Notes: generated by a model from the sequence alone, not told the origin. DNA of 64,000 nucleotides from Fimbriosthenelais zetlandica (GCA_977030845.1 OZ365116.1:15376001-15440000), one strand, 5' to 3'; positions 12,000-26,460 are shown, counted from the first letter of the stretch. Made by a program: numbers and translations.

Positions 12000-14310
12000 G
12001 GATGCCGATTCCATTGGGGTATTCATCACTAGGGATTTAGAAGCTAATTTATATTTCTGCGATAATTTCTCCCCCAAGAATAGGTCAATACATTTTGCAG
12101 CAATACGAAACCCTGATGGTGAATTAGGCCCTATTCTATAGCAACGCTGAAGTCTGAACTCTGCCTGGTTTTGCAGCAATTATAAGTCACATCAGCCAAA
12201 GCAGCAACTCCAATTAGAACTGCCTATAGTTATATTCTATGTCTATGTCAGGTCTTGCAGCAGGTCACGTGACAATGTATACATAACTCGTCCACATTGT
12301 CCAGCCTACTCGTTCACTTCCGGTTGATCCTGAAGGTCATGTTCATCGACCTTGACCTGAATGGAGTTCCTGCTAATATTGTGGACACAATAGGTCCGGG
12401 CGAGATAACCGGCATATATTCTCCTAGTCCAGGGTAATTGTGGGGTACAGGCACTATTTGCCACCTGTGGATTACTGAGTCACTTGTAGAATGAGCCCAC
12501 ACCTCCCCAGTAAAATACAATGATTAAATTTGAAGGCTTGCAGCTCTAATTGTGTCTGGTTCTATGGAATATGTGGCCATCTATAATGAAAAAAAATGTT
12601 TAATAAAGCACAAATATACCAAGTAAGTAGGGTGTATGAAGGGGGATACTACAGGCATGGGTATTGTCATGGCACATTCCGGTAGGACAAACCAGAAAGC
12701 TTGCAAGTCATGTTCAGCAATAACGTGTCTCAGATGGTACCCCAATGCCTTATCAAAGTAACCATTCCCATGCACTACTAGCCATTCCCCCAGTTCACAG
12801 TACTATACAGCTGTTACTTCGTTATGCTTCAATGAATTAACTATGGGGAAGGCAGCCAGGGAAGGGACATGACCTCATCCAATGCTAACTCAAGTGCACT
12901 ATACCAAGAATGGTAGCAGGTGTGCATTAACTATTAATGCAATCCGCTTTAGAAATGTTTCTTGGCTTGGTGTTTCACAGAAAATTTGAAATAGAAATAA
13001 GGGGGGGGGGGAAGAGGGAGGGAGGGAGAAGGGAAAGGGGGTTGAGAGAGAAGGCGGGGGGGGGGGAGAGAGAGAGAAGAAATTCGTCAGAATATAAACA
13101 TGAAAGAACATGGCCAACTCTTATGCCTATAAGAGTATATATTTTGAGCAGTGGGATGAAGCCAGGTGGCTTGTATTCTTGCCTGTATAAAGGCCGGGCT
13201 AGGAGGCCACCTGGTTCCATATACATCCAGCCACAGAAGCAGGCTAACTAAGGTAAATACAGGCTAGTCCCTGTCATCCTCCCTGAAAACAGCACATGCT
13301 TATACGTTCAATCATCTTGCACAGGGCTCTAACACGCCCATACAGTCCAGCTATGTGGCAAGATGCATCCAGCTGAATATCAGAATTGCATCAACATTGC
13401 AGGAATCACTTAAGAGAAGCGTCAACATTTGATCGGAAAGGTATAACTGGAGTATTGCATATATTGGGGGATTGCTGGTATGTCTAGAATGAATTATACG
13501 AACATCCTTGGCAAGTCAATAGTGAGTAGTGATACCGACCAACAATAATCCCATCATTATTTCAGTGAATACAAGCGTGTCAATTACAAACAAGCCTGGG
13601 TCTCATCCTCCCGTAGGAGTGGGCCATCCTTTAATCTCTGCTAGGCGAAAACAGGCTCTGGAGACCAAAACCTTGGCCTCTGATGTGTCCATTAGGCGTT
13701 TTCTGTTGACGGACCGCCCCTCAGACAGGTCAATGGCAGTTAATGCACCCAGCCTAAGCCATCTAAACCCTCCTGAGCTTTTAGTATTAATGGACAACCC
13801 AGCACTAGTATCAATGTCAACTCAAGGCTTGGTGATAGTGATAGTGGTGAGGATATATATATACCTTCACCGACCAATAAAAAGCGTTAAAGTAGCGGCA
13901 ATCAGGCTACAAGACAAGTACAGGATAACCATAAGGAAGCCATCATCTCATCCTATTTGTCTTGTTGCGGGACTTACTGAGAGAATGAAGCTTAAAAGGA
14001 AAATAATTGGCACAAATTCACTTCTGTCATCTTATCACAGAAGGAAGAAGGCTATAGCATGCATGTCTGGACATATGGACTTGAGCCTCTTTCCAAACTC
14101 TTGTTATAAATCCTCATGGTCTTATACAGACGATCTGACTGTCATCTCTGATATATACAAGACCTAGACTATACAGACTGGGACGTTCACATTCTAGAGG
14201 AAGGCACTTTAAGGAGGCCGCCCTGCTTACTGAAGCAGGACCTCTATATATTGTATTGGCTTCATTGTATAAGCAGGGCTTCTACAGCTCAAGGTATATA
14301 CATGTCTGTG
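12000..14310 (+). mobile_element. Possible highly decayed DIRS-like (tyrosine-recombinase) retrotransposon remnant
   Basis: Only weak motif-like fragments, but in the expected order: QFTVL (~12790), MFLGLVF (~12955), INIA..HLIGK (~13395-13440), HPICLVAGL..LLSSY in the 212-aa ORF 13529-14167, and SHSRGR..RYI (~14185-14300). Many stops and frameshifts; no termini identified. Confidence 0.25.
13001..13078 (+). repeat. Poly-G / purine-rich tract (G-quadruplex-prone)
   Basis: Two long G homopolymer runs plus GGGA repeats seen directly. Confidence 0.75.
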
Positions 14311-15779
14311 CTGAAGAACAAGACATGTTCGATGAGTTTTCTAACCCGCAAAATGATCTGATTATTACAGAGGTAGAGAATCCAATGTCGCAATGAGGAA
14401 ACTTATAAGGAGTAATAATGATAAGAGAACCCTGGCCAACCCTGGCCCTGAGACTTCCTTGGCCTGCTCCCCTCCAGTCCTTAGAGCTAGCAGAAAAAAA
14501 ATGCGGGATAGCCTCAAACCATTGTGTAAGTATTTTAGAACAATTCATACACCGGCGCAACCTTAGGCAACCACTTAGCACACCAACACCCTCCCATTAC
14601 ACATGATCATTGCATTAATCAATCCATCCCTCTCAAGTAGAGCAGAATGGATTGGCCTCCTCAGCTGTAAAAATGAGAACAAGCAGCGTCAAAGCTAACA
14701 CAGTCAAGCTTGCCTTATGAAATCTGTCACATGTCAATTCCTATAACCGCCCATCAAACCCCAAGTCTCTTTGCCTCAGTGGAAACTTTTCCTCCTTCAC
14801 CAATGCTGGCACGAGAAGTGATAATGAATCACTTTCCGTGAAACATGTCGCCGACAGAGTACGGAGCGGGCATTCATCGTCCAAATGACATCCATGACCA
14901 ATCATACCTGACGACTGTTGTCATGACAGATGATAACTGAATTTTCAGCCCAGCCATGGTGATGGACTGTGCCTGGGTAATTGGCTTCCCACATGGCTTC
15001 ACCGTGAGCATACTAACCAACTCACGCCATGAATGAGCCACTCATGCTAACAATGAGCAGGATCATAACGCATTTAGAAAGAGACAGAAGGCTACAAGTT
15101 GTGCGAATCAGAATTTCACAGCATCAGCTATAATTCTTTTACAATGCTTATAAATGTATAAAACACAGGGCAATACATTAATAGTCCTATCATTATTAAA
15201 ACATTATTACATTTTTTATGTTGCATACTGAATAAAATGGAAACAGCTCCTGGGACAAGGACACTTCTTTCAGCATCTTGAGGGGAAGAATGTCGCACAT
15301 AAGGACAGCAATTGACTGGCGCAATTAGAGAGGGGCATAGCTTTATGGCGTAGAAGGGGAGACGCTTTGGGAGTGACATTTCCGTACTAATCAAGAAGCA
15401 GACGTCTGGGCTAGTTAGCTTTTGACAGAACTCGCAAACAGTATGGCCAGGAATTAGCTTTCCCTTGTCACACACATTTCCCTCCCTTTCTCCCAGTATA
15501 GGACAAGGCCAATTTCCCAAAAGAAATTCGCTGAAGATGCAGAAAAGTGCCACAGAAAACCGTTTGAAAAGGCAGTCTAAAGCAGAGCGACATCTTGTGT
15601 GAACTAAATGTGGAAGTAACTATAAAGTTAGTATCATATAAAGAGAAGTGATGAAAGTATCCCTTGAGATTGTCCCTCCAAAACCGACAGCGGTTCATCT
15701 ACACTGTCAATGGATTTCGTAAGCCTACAATTAGTTGTGTCAGAGACACGAACACTCATTCACTCCAAGTAAAAGCTAA

Positions 15780-16250
15780 GACCAGATACGCACTCGAACC
15801 TCAGCCCCTCCAGTCTATAGCTTTATGCTGACCACTCAAACCACAACAACCACCCTCCCGAGCCCCCTCCCACCTTTTCGTTTTATTTGGAAAAACTAAC
15901 TTTCCCTGAGAGAGCCCTGAATACTGCATCACTCCCTTGACCTTCCCATAGACTCCTTCCCTCCACTCCATTCTCTTTGTCTCCTTTACAATGCCCTTCA
16001 TCCCCTCCATACATTTCTTCCCTCAGACTTTCTCATCTCATTCCCGTCCTTCCTCATTCTCTGTCTTCCATCTTTCCACATTCTCTCCATCAATACAGCC
16101 TTCTCATCAGTGCCAGCCATGGAGTACACTGTTCTCTCTCTCAGTGTCTTTGACTGATGTGATAGACCATTACATCCTTGTTACACACTGCTGCTCTGAC
16201 AGCTCCAGGTAATGAGACAGAGGCCAGCAGACAATGCTAGGGCAGCAGAC
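15780..16250 (-). mobile_element. Possible decayed LINE (CR1/L2-clade-like) 3' ORF2 remnant
   Basis: Minus-strand translation KRMEWREGVYGKVKGVMQY...GKLVF..KTKRWEGAREGGCCGL resembles the post-RT C-terminal region of CR1/L2-type ORF2. Interrupted by stops. Confidence 0.25.
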
Positions 16251-19200
16251 AGTGGTAGACCCCAGCAAACCTATAAGCTTTGTTGTTGACAGCCTCTAGC
16301 CAACTGCCTCCAATACCCTCATCATCCTGTCCCTCGCGTAATTGAACTATGGCCCCCAGAGCAGGGCCCACACAGCACTGGTATCACGACAATGTCCCCA
16401 CCAACACTAATCCCTATAAGCTGTACTAACAATGTGCTTGAAAATCAACCGAGGTTCACAGTCCTTCCTTCCTAGCTTGAGTCCCAGTTTTTCATAAAGG
16501 CGACCATTCATGTGAAAAAAAAACCGAGATAGACATACAAGCATGAAGAAGGTATGGAAAGAGCATCAAATTTGATGACGTGAACACAAATGAGATGGCA
16601 CATAGCCTGCTCAGATGTTGCATGCTTGCTTAATCTTCCTATTGTCAGAAAGAATTGTCTCAGCTATCACTAATGGATGGCGCCATGTCACATCAGAGAT
16701 TCTAGTATCTATCATTATCTCTCATTGCAAGCTTGCGTAAGGATGGCAACTGTTTCCTGGCAGTATTTACTCTATCTGAACGACTACTGAAATGAAAGCT
16801 GGCATTTGGCAAGCATCACGGAGGATATATATTTTATAGCTGCAAAAAGGAGTCCTACAATACACCAAGCCATCAGGGGAGAGGCAGAGATTTATGCGTT
16901 TTTTAAAAACTTTCGAGTATGAGTATTCCCAGTAAGTGAGAGCCTTTGCAGTACACTAAAATTTACTACACAGCTTGGTTTGTCTGCATTCAAAACTAGT
17001 TATTGCTTTCATGTGAAAGAATATCATATATGTGTATGGATTTTGTTTACAAAAGACTCTTTGGACCAAACAAAGGTCCTCTATAATTGTAAGCTTCTGA
17101 CATTCAAATTCCAAAGCATATGTATCTATAGATATAATCAAATATATATTTGAAAAGATATCTTGAAAAAATATACACTTTTTTGACCGCAAAAGAGTTC
17201 CTCTCAAACTCTGACAGACTTTTCCATCCTCTACTTTCCGTCAACACCCCCATATATATTCCTTGTTCTCAAAGGGGAAAGCAGAATGACAATGATACCC
17301 CCAACACTTCCAGGCCTGCCTTTCTTGAGCCTGCAAAAGACAATAAGAGCGCTGTTGGCCCTGGGAAAGGCATTCCTTTTGTCAACGTTCTTTTTGTTCC
17401 TGCGCTATATATTGAATCTATGTTGTCTCAACAAAGACCGTCTTACGAGAGCTAATCCCATGAGGGAGTGAAATGTGTGCAGGGATTCCGTCTGGATGTC
17501 TTGATTGAACCCATTTATTGTACAGGTGTAGTGGATGTGTAGAAGGGCCTCCCATTATTGGCTCAGCCATCCTCTTTAAGGTCTCACACAGCCTGACAAC
17601 AGAACCAACTCATAGCCTTTTCCACATTTAGGAATTCTTGCCGCAATACATGAGGAATTCCATATAAAGATGCACATGATGAATCAGTAACTTGTGTAAA
17701 CTCTTTCAGTCTGCTTAATATGACAAAAATAAAACTTCTTGTACTGATATTTAATATGTACCTCACTTCAGTTCTATCTCATAACCAAAGAAGAGAGAAA
17801 TAGGTTAGCACAAAACGAATAGCATTTAAAAGCAGTCAGCAGACACATTGCAAAAGACCCATGTCTTAAGGGTGCAACTGCATGGGGAAAAGGTTTACGA
17901 TGGTTTTTAATCTGTCTGTCTTTAAAGTGTGAGCAGTAGTTGTGTATTGATTTTAGCCATTATGAGCATGAAGGAAGGGTATATTTCATCCATTGTCTGC
18001 GGCAGAAAGGCCTCCTCCCTCCATCGATACCTTTTATAATTACCGAGCACTCAAGGAAGGCAGGCTGGTCACGCTATGTGAAAATCCATCCTGGAGATCC
18101 AAGATTACAACTACTTTTACTGTTACAGAAGAGATGCCATGTATACTGCTTGGCAGTGGGAACAAGAAAGAGAAAGAGACTATTAGGGTTTCTCAGATAA
18201 CTGGGAAATAGAGCAAATTAAGAAAACTACTCTAAAGAAATCCTCAGATGGACCGACAAGCAAACTGGAATGAATCATGAGAAATTGACATATAAATCGG
18301 GATGAAAGTGGCAGTATATCTCACAGAAACGAATACCATACATTAAAATTAGTTAATATAAGAGTTTACGGATTCAACTTGGTTTGTCTAGCTGAGGAGT
18401 TTGGAGTATAGACTAATAGAGACAAATAGTATGAGACATTATGCATGGTTTGACCTTGCCTCCAGGGTGGAGAAGAGACCTGGAGGCAGAGGGCATGGTA
18501 AATTAGTCTCATTAGACAACAGTGTCCAGCAAGTCCGTCCAGGGGTCACTTACTGGTCATTTCTCTAATGTATTAACTCCATCTAAACTTGTGCTGTTCA
18601 GATTGTTAAAACACTTGTATGTGAGCAGGCTGCTGGTTAGGGTTATTTGTACTAGTGTCATGAGTAGTGGTGTTATTCAATCAGACCTTGGGGTATATAT
18701 ATGATACAGAAACCTGGACAGGACCATATCCATCACTGCCCACATAAACACAAAGGCTTCAATCTCCTACAGCTTGACATGCGCATGAGGGCTCTGTGCT
18801 TACTTCCGCCCCATGGGAGTTCTGTTTGGCCAACGATATAGGTAAACCGAGGTTCAGGCTCCACATGGCTTCTGATGTTCCAATGTATTTGTGCGAGTAA
18901 CATAAAATACCATTGGAAATGTGAATTTCTTGTGGAAAACAAAAAGACAATGCATCATTACAAAAATGAGATAGGCATTGTATTTTTTTTGTATTTCTTG
19001 CTGCCTCGCATATGGAACCTATTAACAGGGCTATTCTCATAGGAAGCAATAATCTGGGAGTTACTCATTTATATGATAATGAGTTTTCTCTGTCGTCAAT
19101 ATGGCAGAGAATTAATAACCACAGACAACTGAGGGTCGATGAGACTTACCCCAAGTCCTAACTCCTCTTTGTTATGTCCCAGGAAATAGACTTGAACTGA

Positions 19201-22200
19201 GTCTGTGACCATTAATAAAGCACTGTTGAGATAGTGGCTTCCTCAGACCAGCATTTCAATAAGTGACTGCCTCAAGCATCATATCTGGATAAAAGGACCT
19301 CCAATATTATCAAAGATGAAGTTTTTGATGTGAATTGTATGCCCTGTCATAACTGTGCCTCGATAAAAATGACCATACAGCATGCTTGACTTTTAAGGCG
19401 AGAGGGAACACCATCTTTATCAAGAGTAGAGTGACATGGTTTCTTTTGTGTTGTGTGCCGTTTTAAAGTGCTTGTTTTAAGGAGGCCTGGTCAAAATGCA
19501 CGAGAAAAGATGGAAAGGGCAGGTGGAAAAAGGTCCGAGTCAGACAGAGAAATGTCATTCTCCTCCAGTTCAGAAATGCATGATGATTTTGCGGGGATTG
19601 CAAATAAGAAAGGAGAGAAAAATAAAATAGCTAGGAACACAATCACAGTACATTTCAGCAGAGGTCGTTTTTCCACATAGCTAAAATTTCCTTTGAGAGG
19701 ATAAACAATGGCAAATAGAACGATGTCCATCACGTTTCCTAATCCCGTCTATTATTATCTTTTAATAAGCTGGGAATGCGGGAGGATAGGGAATAAAAGT
19801 GGATTTTTCTATGTCTATGAACATCTTAATAAGACTAATAGAACATAATATCCTTAGATGGTTGCAGTGTGTGTGAGTTGTGAGTGTGAGTGTATGCAGG
19901 TCGTCTCTTCCCCATAGAGAAGGTTAGGATTAAGTAATTAACAGCGCTTTCTCACCAGCATCAGAAAAGATCGTCAGGGGAGAAAGAGGTCTGACCAAAT
20001 CATTCCACTCAAGGGCAAATAAAGTGAACCGCTTTCACATCAATGCAATGATTATCAACAAAACTGATGAAATAATTCAGTTCTGTTTGGGAGATTCTAC
20101 ATAAAATCTACTGGCGAGTTTACACCAATCAACAAAGAAAACATAAAACAACCATCGAGTTCTGTCACTCGATTTTCCCACAAAAAGTTTCCTTTGTATG
20201 TATTGTTCCATTAACATTTAATTAATAGACCAACATTTTTCATCATAAGATAATGAGTGATTTCCATTGGGGAATTTACACTGCGAGATAATTTCTTTCG
20301 GAAGTAGGCTTTAAATTTACCATCTGAAGCCATTGGGAGACGACGCATTATAGAGCTGACGGAGTGCCAAGTATCTGAGAGGGAAAAGTGAGAAGAAACA
20401 AACGCCTGTCATTTAATTTTGCATGGCCTGAAGGAGGTAAGAAGTCGGCTGGGTTTGTGTGAATGTTTTAATTTGCTACTGCTCTTACAAAGTGCAGTTC
20501 ACGTAGCAGGCCCAGTGTTGGCTTTTCCTGCCTCACATACAGCAACAGAGAAAGGCTTGTTCTCCTAAACACACTGCTTAGAGGGAATACACGATTAGAT
20601 TTCTCTAAAGTAAGTGTTCAGAACATATAACACCTCTCCTCCATGAGTCTATAAGGTTCCTATGTCAACTTATTTGCTCAGGTAACAGCATTGTTCATGC
20701 TCAGAATTATTCAGCCATTTGTCTGATTAAACATACTATATTTAATCAGGCAGACAGATTGAAATTAATAGCTAATAACTCATTTAATATAATAGCTATT
20801 AGATTTGATAGATACTAATATAGATATTAAATTTAATCACATAAATGGATTAATAATTATGTTGATGTATATATATATATATAGTATAAAACAATATTTA
20901 ACTAACATTCAATGTGGATTCAGTGGCTTGGATGTGGAGTTTCACTCAAGTTGGTTGAGAAACTTGACTGGACCTGGGCAACATGGAGGCCAGAGCCGGG
21001 ATTGCAGTGGTAATTGATCTATGACCAGTTACCTAAGAAAGTGCAGCCACGCCTTGTAGTTGGGACTGATCAATCTTGTATCAGCATCCATGGTATCAGG
21101 CACTGAAGACAGCTATTGGCCAATCATTAATGTGGTCACAGGCACGTGACATGTGGCCTTCTGAACTTGACTCATGGACTACTGTTACAGCACTGTTAGG
21201 CATATTATAGACGATTAGATTATCTCCTTGTAACAGAATAGACGGGCCAACGTGGTATGAATATAAAGCTATATCTGAGGCATTTTAAGCCTATCGGTAC
21301 ATGTCCAATCGTTTTAAGTCATGATAGACAGACAGATGCAGCTAGTGATAGCTCTATTTAACATTCACGATCGTTCCAACTAATTAGGAACGAAATAATT
21401 GTTCGGCGAAATATTTCTTGCTATAGAACGCAAATACAGCTTAAATATTACATTTAATTAGATGGCTGACATTTCTTACTCCAAATGGCTTTCTTAGATT
21501 TATCAAGGAGACATAATCAATACAGATAGCTAAATAGAAAATATAGGATGTGGAAATTGTCATTGTTCACTATGCCTTACTAGTATGATATATATGGTAT
21601 TCAGTAAGGTGTCTCCACGCCAGGACTGGGCTGACCCCAGCCTGCATGGTGGGTGGACAATACATGGAATATATCAAGATGGCTGGACACGTACTGACCC
21701 ATGGCTATCGTTACATGTTACACACATAAAAACTCCTCTCAGGTCAGTGGACGCAACGCGCTGTCCCTCCCACTATACCCTATCACTGACAAAGTGCAGG
21801 GCATGGAAAGGTGTCTCGACTCGAGTGCGTGGATAGTATTAGATAACAGTAGAGCTCTGTTAAAATCTCCACAGATTCTGTCTTTATCCTGTGAGGGAAT
21901 TAAGAACTGAACCTGATTGAAAAGAAGGTCACCTGAAATATACTCTATTTGAGAAGATTTCAGGCACGGTACAAATAATTCATGACCCTGCAGGATTATT
22001 TAAATCCGCATTTAGGGATTTCCTTCTCAAGAACATCCACAATGGGAATCTAAAAACTTTGGTCATTGATGGTGCTGCCTATTCGGCAGTCTGTCCCGAT
22101 TCAACAGCAGTTATTGTTGCATTCGTATACATACCCAAAGAAGAAATGCAAGGATACCAAAGGTCATAGGTCCATGGATAGTGTCCATTGCCTATGCAGG

Positions 22201-24714
22201 AAAAAAGCCTCAGGAGGAATCTTGGATTTCTGTCCTGCCAGTAAGGAAGATGTTTACTATGCATGCTTGGTGAATATGGAATACCATGCTACAGGGAGCA
22301 AGTTGTAATGAGAAGTATAAGATGGGGATATTGAGGAAGATAGATGGTAGCAGAGAGTGAGTGAGTGAGAGTGTGAGGGATATAGAAAGGAGGATTTCTA
22401 AATATATACTAACATTTGTAGAATAATCCTCAGCAATTTCAAATGACCATCTCAAGCACATCTACAAATGATCTAACCGTGTGAGAGATGTCTATATGTG
22501 TTAGGTGGAAACTTTGTCTATGGAGAGTTTATGTATGACGCCTCACGAGGACGATAATAATTCATCGCCTTCCTAAGTGGTGACGGATTGTCGCCGGCCG
22601 CCTCGTGGAATTTGATTTAGAAGCTTTCTCTCCGGCATAAAGTGCCAGACAGTGGCAAACAATGCCTCTTATATCCCTGCTTGATCTTTAAATGGGAGAG
22701 GCTTAAGGCAGCTGTGGTGAGGGATGCCTCAGCAGTGGTGGCGAGGAGACAGGCAAGTGTATATACCGTTACAGGTTTCTTGATCATTGACTTTGTGTTT
22801 GTCTTATCTAGAACTAGTGAGCACTCCACTAAATGCCTCTCACTTCAGTTCACTATTCAACAATCTTGTTGCGAATGTTAGTGATAGAGAATGAATTTTT
22901 GGTTGGCACTTGAATGCTGCTAGAGTAGATAAGAGGGTGAACTATACTGCACTTCCTGATAGGCATAGAATATATTCTTTTCATTCACAGAATGCTAGTA
23001 CCATATATAATGAGCTTTCCAGAAATACATACTTGCGGACGAGGAAAGCTTATTTCCTCCATTAAAGACATATATATTTGTGAGCAATGGTGCCATCAGC
23101 CAGCACACCTGAGCTTAGCAGATATTCTATTATTCAGAGAGAAGTAAACTCACTGCTTCATCAGTTGCAGATATCCTTTCAAACTAAGTGAACGAGATAA
23201 ACGCATTGTGATTTGGACGTTGTATTTTTCACTTCAAATCCTGATGAGTCTAAATGGGAAAAAAGAGATGGAGATTTCCACAAACAGTGGATGGGGAATG
23301 GTGATAATGAGGGACAATATATAGTAGTCTGCAATGTCAATTACTTATATATGATAAGACATATTAGGGGCTTCATTTATATAGGACAAATTAGCTCTCA
23401 TCGTTGCGTTAATAGCAAAGAGCATTCTTGGCCCGCACCCTTGGGAATCAATGTCGGGGCTTCACCTCTATGAAATCTAAACAGCTGAAAAGTTGGCCTC
23501 GATGCCAAGGCTATTCCCCAGCCAATGTAGTCCCTCCATGGCCTCTCCCAATAAAGGCATGCCTACACTCCAGGGCCATCCCCGCAGAATGAGTAATTGA
23601 CAGGTCAATAGAATGACAATTTTGATCATGCCAAACATGTGTAGAAGTTTTCTCTGAGAAGACACCACCCTGGAGTTTTGTGGTGAGGGGGCAGGCTTTT
23701 AGCATGATTAATTCCCATTAATCAATCTCCAGGACTTTTTGTCTGGCTTAATTTCATTTAAATTTCCCACTTTTCATGCAGGTGTGTTCAGCCACTGGTA
23801 GAACGTAACAAAAATGAGCTTCTTTAATTAAAGACCCATCCAGAGTTCTGCTTCACGGAGATATACTTCTTTCTGGGGTGAATTTTGGATTTACTTCTTC
23901 TTGCAGACTCTTGGAAGAAATGAAGCAGATAGATTACAGATGAAAAGGGTAGACAAACACAAAGCAATCAGAAGTCCATTCACCTCGCTGATAGCATAGA
24001 GATAAGCAGGTCCTAACAATCATTCAGACAACGAACCCGGTCCACCCCTATACATGTACCTAGATCCACACTGATAAAACACTCCCGTACTTTAACACGG
24101 GCCAATTTTACAAATGACCAAATGGCGAACATTGGCACTGTTGTATGATTTACTTCACATTGCCATCTTCATTTCCCTTGAATTATAGATTTGTATTATT
24201 AATCTCAACACATAATTACTGAACTCATGAACGACCTTTTCTGATAGTCTACACTGTCTGAAGATTCGGTAATTCAAGAGAGATAACAAACCAGCATCAG
24301 AACTTTTCTAGCACACAGAATTGTACACAAGAATAGTCCAGTGATTCCACTTATAGACCCAATCATCAGAAGCCTAGACAATGCGCTGGGCCAGATATCC
24401 TCTTGGGTATTTTTCAAATCTGACACTTGATATCGAATTTTCTGATTCGGTCTATTACAGAGATAAAAATATAAAAAGCTGTGCCTCCCATGAGCTTGTC
24501 AAGAGGCCTGGGCTGTTGACATTGCTATCCATCTAGGTAACATCGTGTTCGATGTTTTACCTTTTTCTCTGCTCGTTCTCCCCATCAGCAGACCAAATCT
24601 CCCTGGGTTTAGAGATCTGAATATATATTATATAGTGGATGGATGGGTGTGGAGTTTCAGAGGGGACTAGGATTATTGGGTCTGTGGTCCTGGTGTTCTG
24701 TGCATAGAGACAAT

Positions 24715-25190
24715 GACCGATAGACTGTACAGCATTTCTTCCATTAAAGGACCTATAGACTGTACAGCATTTCTTCCATTACAGGACCGATAGACTGACT
24801 GTACAGCATTCCTACCATTAAAGGACCGATAGACTGTACAGCATTCCTTCCATTAAAGGACCGATAGACTGTACAGCATTCCTTCCATTAAAGGACCGAT
24901 AGACTGTACAGCATTCCCTCCATTAAAGGACCGATAGACTGTACAGCATTCCTTCCATTAAAGGACCGATAGACTGTACAGCATTCCCTCCATTAAAGGA
25001 CCGATAGACTGTACAGCATTCCCTCCATTAAAGGACCGATAGACTGTACAGCATTCCCTCCATTAAAGGACCGATAGACTGTACAGCATTCCCTCCATTA
25101 AAGGACCAGTAGACTGCACTACATTCCATCCATTAAAGGACCGATAAACTGCACTATATTCCTTCCAAGTAGACTGCACTACCTATAATA
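24715..25190 (+). repeat. 35-bp minisatellite, about 13 copies
   Basis: Unit GACCGATAGACTGTACAGCATTCC(C/T)TCCATTAAAG repeated head-to-tail with no spacers. One unit has a 4-bp insertion; terminal units are diverged. Confidence 0.97.
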
Positions 25191-25834
25191 GACTGCGATA
25201 TACCAATCGTATTAGAGGGCCATCCAACATCTTGTCTCAGTGAGTCTGCACTGATATTGAGCTTGATATTCGGCTACTGTTATTTCTATAGACATTCCCT
25301 TTAAGATTGCTGTTTAAAGCACCAGGGAAGCTGTTTAAAGCATGATGCATAACGAGCCAACTGCCGGTACTTTATTCCCATGACAGCAAAGCCTTCCAAC
25401 AACTCTAAATATTATTTCCTTTCACTGCCGTAAATAGTAAAAATCAACAAGAGATTGCTATGGGCTGTCAACATTCCAGAACGAGTTGGCACATCTAACG
25501 CTTTCATATTTCGCAAAGCCCTCTAATTCCTCACACTATTTGCTAGGATATTCCAGCGTAAATGTCAAACTTGTTGTTGGATCTGAACGGATCCAAAAAG
25601 CTCTTCGCCATTCAACATGAAAATCCGCCAACTGTTAGCGGGAAAACAAATCCAATTTATACAGAGAGTCAGAGTAACACCGAGTTTAAAGTGGGTTAAC
25701 ACCTTATACGGTAGAGCAATATCTGAATCTCAGAGGAGAATATCATGACCAATAAACGAGTGCAGCACTCTAGCCTGAGAGCAATTAAGAGTAACTTTAC
25801 GGTAGAGGTAGTTGTCCTTGGGGAGATTTCTTTC

Positions 25835-26096
25835 GCTCTGGCGAGAAACAGAAGGGCTGTATCTGACAGAAAACAGATGCAGGTGGAGTTGGAGGGTGAG
25901 GCGGGGGGAGGCGGAAGGCAGGCCCTCATTGCCAGCCCCTCCCCGGGGTCCATGTTGTAAGAGAGGTAATTTTGCGGCCGGCCAGCCTCTGTGAGGAGTC
26001 TCAGTGCTCACCGCGCTCCGACGGATCACCGGGGGAGGCCCGGGGACATGAGGATCTGTCACGCTTGAGTGGCCATCGATCTCCTCAGCCATCAGC
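25835..26096 (+). repeat. Segment B: source of the templated insertions at 27352-27613 and 27891-27991
   Basis: 262-bp GC-rich segment that appears identical to 27352-27613. The ORF-track translations of the copies match. Confidence 0.95.
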
Positions 26097-26320
26097 TCCA
26101 CAGTCCACGTGAGCAATTCCCTCCTCTCTGCTGCCTGAACACACCAGTAAAAACAGATGGCTTTGTGTCATTCTTTGAGAGTGTACAAGCACTAATCTTT
26201 CTCATTAATGGGTGTAGCAGGGCGGAACACTGTAATCACTGTTACAGCCACCCCCACAGATCATTCTATGATATTTTTGACGTGATAAATTACTCTTTTT
26301 CTATCCCCCACCATTTGTTC

Positions 26321-26460
26321 TGAGGACACAAGCCTGATATATTGAAAAAGTTTTGCCCAAAGCCTCCAGGGCATATAGGTGAACAATGTCCTGATATATC
26401 GATAACATTGTCTACAACTGATTCCCCCAGGGCATATGAGGACACAGATATATTGATATG
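26321..26460. repeat. ~58-bp degenerate tandem repeat, ~2.5 units (same family as 9786-9900)
   Basis: Recurring CAGGGCATAT..(G)AGGACAC..CTGATATAT(T/C)GA(T/A)A units at ~58-bp spacing. Confidence 0.6.

Noticed and set aside
13322-15919. Second CAGGGCTCT...AGAGCCCTG TIR pair
   Set aside because: Only 9 bp of inverted match and no target-site duplication.
19491-19733. GPCR TM3-TM4-like peptide (AIVYPLK...IVFLAILFFSPFLF)
   Set aside because: No DRY motif, no TM4 Trp, an in-frame stop right after, and no other GPCR exons found. Probably chance hydrophobic, T-rich sequence.
21585-21836. RNase T2-like motif WTIHG in a short ORF
   Set aside because: Lacks the LWP continuation and the second catalytic motif, and has no supporting splice structure.
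24715-25190. CRISPR-like array (35-bp repeats)
   Set aside because: Units are head-to-tail with no unique spacers, there are no cas genes, and the context is eukaryotic. It is a minisatellite.
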